Source: a virus (lineage: Duplodnaviria > Caudoviricetes). From it: a DNA stretch of 31,310 nt. This document shows positions 27,831 to 31,310 of the stretch, one piece after another. Made by a program: the position numbers and the translations under genes. Position 1 is the stretch's first letter; the number at the start of each line of letters is the position of its first letter. The DNA is taken from IMG/VR virus record IMGVR_UViG_3300037424_000135, positions 1-31,310 of that record. The stretch is one strand, 5' to 3'. Below the pieces are notes generated by a model. That model saw nothing but the letters and a program-made list of their open reading frames with translations, was not told the origin of the DNA and did not search any database.

Positions 27831-28021
27831 TGGGTCGTGAGGCCGGGGACTCTCACCCCGGCAGAGCACTTTCGCTGGGTTATTCTTCGCCCCTCAGCTT
27901 TCACCCATGTTCGTAGGATGGGCAGTTCCTGAATCCGCGCCGTGCTCGTCTCGGCAACGGGGAGGGGATACTCAACCAGTGAAGCGTGTAGTAAGCGTTT
28001 GATCTTCCGCCACTCACGACC
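27831..28021 (-). ncRNA. Candidate tRNA-like structured RNA with a large insertion in place of the anticodon arm
   Basis: Closing stem GGTCGTGAG/CTCACGACC, D-arm-like TGGCGGAAGATCAAACGC, T-loop hairpin GCCGGGG-TGAGAGT-CCCCGGC, nested internal helices. Confidence 0.5.
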
Positions 28022-28031
28022 TTGATTTTCA

Positions 28032-28126
28032 GTGGAGGGGATGCCCCGACACTCCCGTCGGATGAGGTTACGAGACTCGTCGGTCTCACGCGTCCTGCGA
28101 TAAGAGCATCCCACGTCGTACTCCAC
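28032..28126 (-). ncRNA. Candidate multibranch structured RNA element
   Basis: GTGGAG/CTCCAC and GGGATGC/GCATCCC enclose hairpins GAGAC/GTCTC and CCGAC/GTCGG. Confidence 0.4.
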
Positions 28127-28131
28127 CTTGC

Positions 28132-28659
28132 TTACAGGTTGAACAACAGCCCACCGTGGACAAAATAGAGATTGTCCCCCGGTGTGCCTACCACGTCACC
28201 CGCGATCCGGGCAACAAAAGGACCGACCGCCCAGCCTATCCCGCCTTTGCCGGCCACATACGTCACGTCATCGCCGTCCGTGTTCGTCATCGTCCAGCTG
28301 CCGAAGCCCATGCCGGTAAAGAACCCCTTGAATGTGCCCTGCGAGATTGCGAACACCTTGTAGTTGAAGAACCGGGCCGCATAGGTCTCTCGCGTGAACA
28401 CGGTGTTCCGGTCAGAGTACAAGACCGACCCCTCCCATCCCTCGGCGAAGGAGAACTTGCTCAGGATGTCGCCGATCAGCGGCACCTTCTTCAATGAAAA
28501 GTCCTTCGTGATCGCATAGGCCATCACCGGTCGCTCGCCGCGCTGGACCAAGCAGCCGAACTCGCCGCCAAACCAGTTCTCACTCGATGTCTGCGCCTGC
28601 GCCTGAACACTCAGGCACGTCAGGCAGACAAACAGCGCAATCAAAACCTTCTTCGTCAT
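28132..28659 (-). CDS. Outer-membrane beta-barrel protein (small, ~8 strands)
   Basis: Start ATG 28659 behind GGAGG; signal peptide MTKKVLIALFVCLTCLSVQAQA|Q; alternating amphipathic strands (FFTGMGFGSW, GKGGIGW); C-terminal beta-signal-like FVHGGLLFNL. Confidence 0.7.
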   Translation of the reverse strand: MTKKVLIALFVCLTCLSVQAQAQTSSENWFGGEFGCLVQRGERPVMAYAITKDFSLKKVPLIGDILSKFSFAEGWEGSVLYSDRNTVFTRETYAARFFNYKVFAISQGTFKGFFTGMGFGSWTMTNTDGDDVTYVAGKGGIGWAVGPFVARIAGDVVGTPGDNLYFVHGGLLFNL

Positions 28660-28693
28660 CTTTCCTCCGTATCTTGTTTGGGTTAGTGCCATC

Positions 28694-28933
28694 TTATCCA
28701 TTCCCCGCCACCTTGATCGCCCGGTTCTTCTTGGCGATCATCTCCAACAACCCCGACGCCTGTATATACGCCGTCGCTGAATCGGCATACGCCAGCTTCT
28801 CCTCGGCTGAAAGAGGTTGTCCTGCCTTCGCCTTCGCCAGCACAATCTTATCGTGCAACTCAGCCAAGTTGTAGCCGAGGTCCTGCTGGATCACGCCGAG
28901 GATTTCCTCGAAAGAGGCTTGTTGTGAACTCAT
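28694..28933 (-). CDS. Hypothetical helical protein
   Basis: GGGGG RBS; fits the operon. Confidence 0.6.
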   Translation of the reverse strand: MSSQQASFEEILGVIQQDLGYNLAELHDKIVLAKAKAGQPLSAEEKLAYADSATAYIQASGLLEMIAKKNRAIKVAGNG

Positions 28934-28942
28934 CGCATCCCC

Positions 28943-29308
28943 CTAGTATATCGCCACGCCGTTGGTGTAGCAGTCCTTGACATCCCGATCCGCCGGCACG
29001 TCGCCGGGGAAGATCAGGAATAGGGCCGCGATCCCCGCGCCAGTCTGGTGGTAACACGTCGCGCCCAGAGAAGCGGCCAGCGGCATCGCCTCAGCCAGCA
29101 ACCCAGACATCTTCCGGTCTAGCCAGGAGGCGGCGATGGTGTTATACTCAGAATACTGCCGGTCCCCCAGTTTGGCCAGTTTCCGGCTGATGACCTGCAA
29201 CCGAGGGACCACAAATAGCGGCTTTCCCGGCACCTGCCGATCCCCAATCTTCCCTAATACGGCATCTACCTGCCGTACCAACCTAGTCTCTCTAATAGTC
29301 GCCATCAT
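28943..29308 (-). CDS. Hypothetical protein, first gene of the leftward operon
   Basis: AGGAG RBS upstream of ATGATG. Confidence 0.6.
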   Translation of the reverse strand: MMATIRETRLVRQVDAVLGKIGDRQVPGKPLFVVPRLQVISRKLAKLGDRQYSEYNTIAASWLDRKMSGLLAEAMPLAASLGATCYHQTGAGIAALFLIFPGDVPADRDVKDCYTNGVAIY

Positions 29309-29418
29309 CTCTCCTGTCTCGTTTGGGACGGGACCCGGTGGCCCCGCGATACGCCCCCAAGATACTCACCCCGCCGGCACTACTAAGAGTTAAACGCATA
29401 CCCATAGCAGAAATACCC

Positions 29419-29731
29419 GCTTGGTAGACGCCCTACCAAGGAGCTCTACCAAGCAGAAAGGACCCGCCCACTCGACGATTTTTTTTCAGCCTTTTTCCCT
29501 ATAATATATACTAGTATATTAACTAGAGATTAAGAGATCTCTTTGTTTAGAGTCTTCTCTTGGATTATCCTTACACTCTAACCAAAGTATTTTCTTGGTA
29601 CTTCTTTGTAATTCTGACTTTTGACGTACTAAGTGAAATCATTCACAAGCCTCTCAACCCTCTCACCACCACCCCCTTACAGCGAAAATGTGGATAACTC
29701 CTAAAATCGCTTGGTAGAGCCTCTACCAAGC
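29419..29731. repeat. Two CTTGGTAG/CTACCAAG inverted-repeat clusters flanking an AT-rich palindromic core (candidate origin, operator or packaging/terminus site)
   Basis: GCTTGGTAGAG-C-CTCTACCAAGC at 29709-29731; CTTGGTAG..CTACCAAG..CTACCAAG at 29420-29453; palindromes ATATACTAGTATAT (29506-29519) and AAGAGATCTCTT (29532-29543). Confidence 0.7.
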
Positions 29732-29989
29732 AGTTTTGCCTCATATACACGTTCCCAGCCGATCATGTATAGTCTTGAACAAATCTTATGCGTCTTACCG
29801 CCCCACACCCACCCAACAACCCAACGAACAACGTGCAACTGGTTGCATAATGGACCCATAACACGAGATTCTGGGATTTTTTTGTGAGAGAATGCAATCT
29901 CCTTCCCCCTGCCTCGTTGGGGGCGACTCAACCTGGGGCCTTTATAATGTGGCGGCCCGTTTCACCCGATCCCTATACATCATATAGCC

Positions 29990-30018
29990 TTGCGTGCCTT
30001 GTACATTGCACGTATAAT
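29990..30018 (+). promoter_or_regulatory. Sigma-70-type promoter for the rightward early genes
   Basis: TTGCGT-N17-TATAAT, ~160 bp upstream of the first plus-strand gene. Confidence 0.6.
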
Positions 30019-30178
30019 GCCTATACGCGTCCACTATACGCAATACATTGCACACCACAAGCGCCCAATGTGGGTAAGGGCTGTTGTGCTGCAATGGGTT
30101 GCATAATAGACTTGGGTTGGCATGATGTATGCTAATAGCAGGGTGAAAGCAGTCAGAAACAGGAAGAAAAGGTAGAAG

Positions 30179-30397
30179 ATGAAGAAACTAACAGCCTATG
30201 ACTACCGGCGGCAATGCTGGGTTGAGGGTGAAGCAGCCCGGATTGAGCTACTACGGCAACACTCTGAAACGCTGGACCTACTGACGTCTGATAATGGCCG
30301 GGAATACCTTACCTTTGTCGGGCTATATGGCATGAGCCTAAAAGCGGCCGTAGCCCTCACTCGCCGGAACATTGAAGCACTGGAACAGGGCCAATAA
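30179..30397 (+). CDS. Early hypothetical protein
   Basis: Purine-rich leader (AAGGT) and first ORF after the promoter. Confidence 0.65.
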   Translation: MKKLTAYDYRRQCWVEGEAARIELLRQHSETLDLLTSDNGREYLTFVGLYGMSLKAAVALTRRNIEALEQGQ

Positions 30398-30408
30398 TGC
30401 ATAAGTCT

Positions 30409-30529
30409 GCCACAATGGCGCAACGGACTGCCAATATGGCAGGAATGCACAATAATTGTGCAAGGGTAGGGCCGGACAAGAGGCCACTACTACTAACCTA
30501 ACAATAGTCAAGTGTACCAAACGGTACAC
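30409..30529. repeat. Cluster of short inverted repeats
   Basis: GCCA-caa-TGGC, CTGCCA-ata-TGGCAG, TGCACAAT-a-ATTGTGCA, GGCC-N8-GGCC, GTGTACC-aaac-GGTACAC. Confidence 0.55.
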
Positions 30530-30596
30530 ATCGGTTAAATACTACACAGCGTAGAAGTTCAGTTAACATAATATCCCAAGCAAGGTAGGTGCAAGG

Positions 30597-30806
30597 ATGA
30601 AGTTCTGTAATTGTTGCGGCAGTGAGATGGACGGCAAGGACGGGGAAAACTACTGTCAAACCTGTGAGGATTGGATTGCCAATGGCGGCACCAAGAATCA
30701 TCCCGCCATAAAACAGCGAGCGAGACGCAAGGAGCGAGAGGATGCGCTCAAGTCCCTGGGTCTGGTCAAGGTTCGTGGTGCGCTTGGCGGCACATACTGG
30801 GAATAG
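30597..30806 (+). CDS. Small zinc-ribbon early protein
   Basis: CxCC..CxxC, basic helix, C-terminal SLGLVKVRGALGGTYWE resembling a recurrent small phage-protein ending; AGGT RBS. Confidence 0.7.
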   Translation: MKFCNCCGSEMDGKDGENYCQTCEDWIANGGTKNHPAIKQRARRKEREDALKSLGLVKVRGALGGTYWE

Positions 30807-30869
30807 TCCCTTGCCTGACGATGGCCGGTAGGCCGAAACCTGGCCCGATGGGGCTGGGTCGCAAGGTAC
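30806..30869 (+). ncRNA. Hammerhead ribozyme, type I
   Basis: Stem I CCTTGC/GCAAGG; core CTGACGA (30815-30821) plus one extra U; stem II GGCC-ggta-GGCC; GAAA (30835-30838); 9-bp stem III ACCTGGCCC-gatg-GGGCTGGGT; GUC cleavage triplet ending at 30860. Confidence 0.9.
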
Positions 30870-30896
30870 GAAACCAAACAAGACGGAGTGACCCCT

Positions 30897-31310
30897 ATGC
30901 GGAAGAAAACTCAAGACTTAATCGCCAAGACCTACGGCCAGTCATGGCGCGACGGTGACAAGGCCGAGGAATTGCACCCGGTAGCTTGTGCGATGCTGGA
31001 TTATGCCGCCCAACGGCCGGGGTTGGAATGGTGCAACTACGCCACAAGCAACCGCCCAGAATCAGTCAAGGCCTATCAGGCCGAAAGCCGACATATTACC
31101 GCCCAATGGCGGGATGTAATACAGGCCTTCCGCGAATACTACTTTGCGGACGGCACCGAAGCGGACCTTTTGGACGCCATGCCGCACGCCTTTTCCGGCC
31201 GTCTGTCGTGGGAAAACGGACGGATCAAGTATTGTACTGGGCAATACTGGCCTACCGAGTACCGACTGGCCGTGTCTGCCGTGTTCCGTTATGCCACACG
31301 ATCAATTGAG
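30897..31310 (+). CDS. Early hypothetical phage protein, 3' end runs off the window
   Basis: Missing from the ORF track (no stop in window). GGAG RBS, ATG 30897, open for 138 codons: MRKKTQDLIAK...QRPGLEWCNY...AFSGRLSW...YCTGQYWPTEYR. Confidence 0.75.
   Translation, partial: MRKKTQDLIAKTYGQSWRDGDKAEELHPVACAMLDYAAQRPGLEWCNYATSNRPESVKAYQAESRHITAQWRDVIQAFREYYFADGTEADLLDAMPHAFSGRLSWENGRIKYCTGQYWPTEYRLAVSAVFRYATRSIE

Larger units (their letters stand above)
1..31310. mobile_element. dsDNA tailed bacteriophage genome segment, podovirus-like, probably infecting a diderm (FCB-group-like) host
   Basis: Contiguous terS-terL-portal-scaffold-capsid-adaptor-nozzle-ejection gene order with overlapping start/stop codons; no tape measure, sheath or host housekeeping genes. 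Host is inferred from the OM beta-barrel, DNRLRE/M43 domains and D-[ST] sequons. Confidence 0.95.

Noticed and set aside
27831-28021. Canonical tRNA, tmRNA, or cobalamin/FMN riboswitch
   Set aside because: No anticodon arm or TTC T-loop, no alanine G3-U70 acceptor identity, and only the T-loop hairpin resembles those riboswitches.
27767-28126. 119-aa minus-strand ORF between the beta-barrel gene and groES
   Set aside because: Arg-rich, motif-free and fully overlapping extensive base-paired elements; treated as probably non-coding, though not excluded.
28032-28126. SAM-I riboswitch (CTTATC start) or hammerhead
   Set aside because: Remaining SAM-I core and closing GATAAG are absent; no CUGANGA/GAAA core.
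28455-28500. KVPLIGDIL resembling the secretin signature
   Set aside because: The protein is only 175 aa and lacks other secretin features; probably a coincidental amphipathic segment.
371-29393. Numerous plus-strand ORFs in the track (e.g. 1163-1771, 17613-18563, 20727-21674)
   Set aside because: They are antisense shadows of motif-bearing minus-strand genes in GC-rich DNA, with no recognisable motifs.
1-31310. CRISPR array, integrase/att site, reverse transcriptase/DGR, stop-codon recoding
   Set aside because: No regularly spaced repeats or such genes seen; core genes are intact in the standard code and TAA, TAG and TGA all end genes.

Overview
The whole window is part of a dsDNA tailed-phage genome with podovirus-like (P22/T7/SU10-type) gene order; no host genes or integrase are visible. 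Bases 1-29308 form one tightly packed minus-strand operon. In transcription order it encodes small accessory genes, an outer-membrane beta-barrel, a highly structured ~350-nt RNA-like spacer, GroES, a sigma-70 factor, three nucleotide-metabolism enzymes, TerS/TerL, portal, scaffold, major capsid, two paralogous head-tail adaptors, a tail nozzle, three ejection proteins, a holin-like pair and a cassette of DNRLRE, M43 protease and beta-helix proteins. An AT-rich, palindrome-rich spacer (~29310-30170) separates it from plus-strand early genes, which contain a complete hammerhead ribozyme. The most striking signal is that the tail-side proteins (one adaptor, the nozzle and four accessory proteins) all begin with classical Sec-type signal peptides and are about 9-fold enriched (hand count) in the Bacteroidota/FCB O-glycosylation sequon D-[ST]-[AILMTV], while head, packaging and ejection proteins have no signal peptide and few sequons. 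This suggests a phage that exports, glycosylates and perhaps assembles its tail in the periplasm. All family calls come from motif recognition by eye and gene order; no searches were run.
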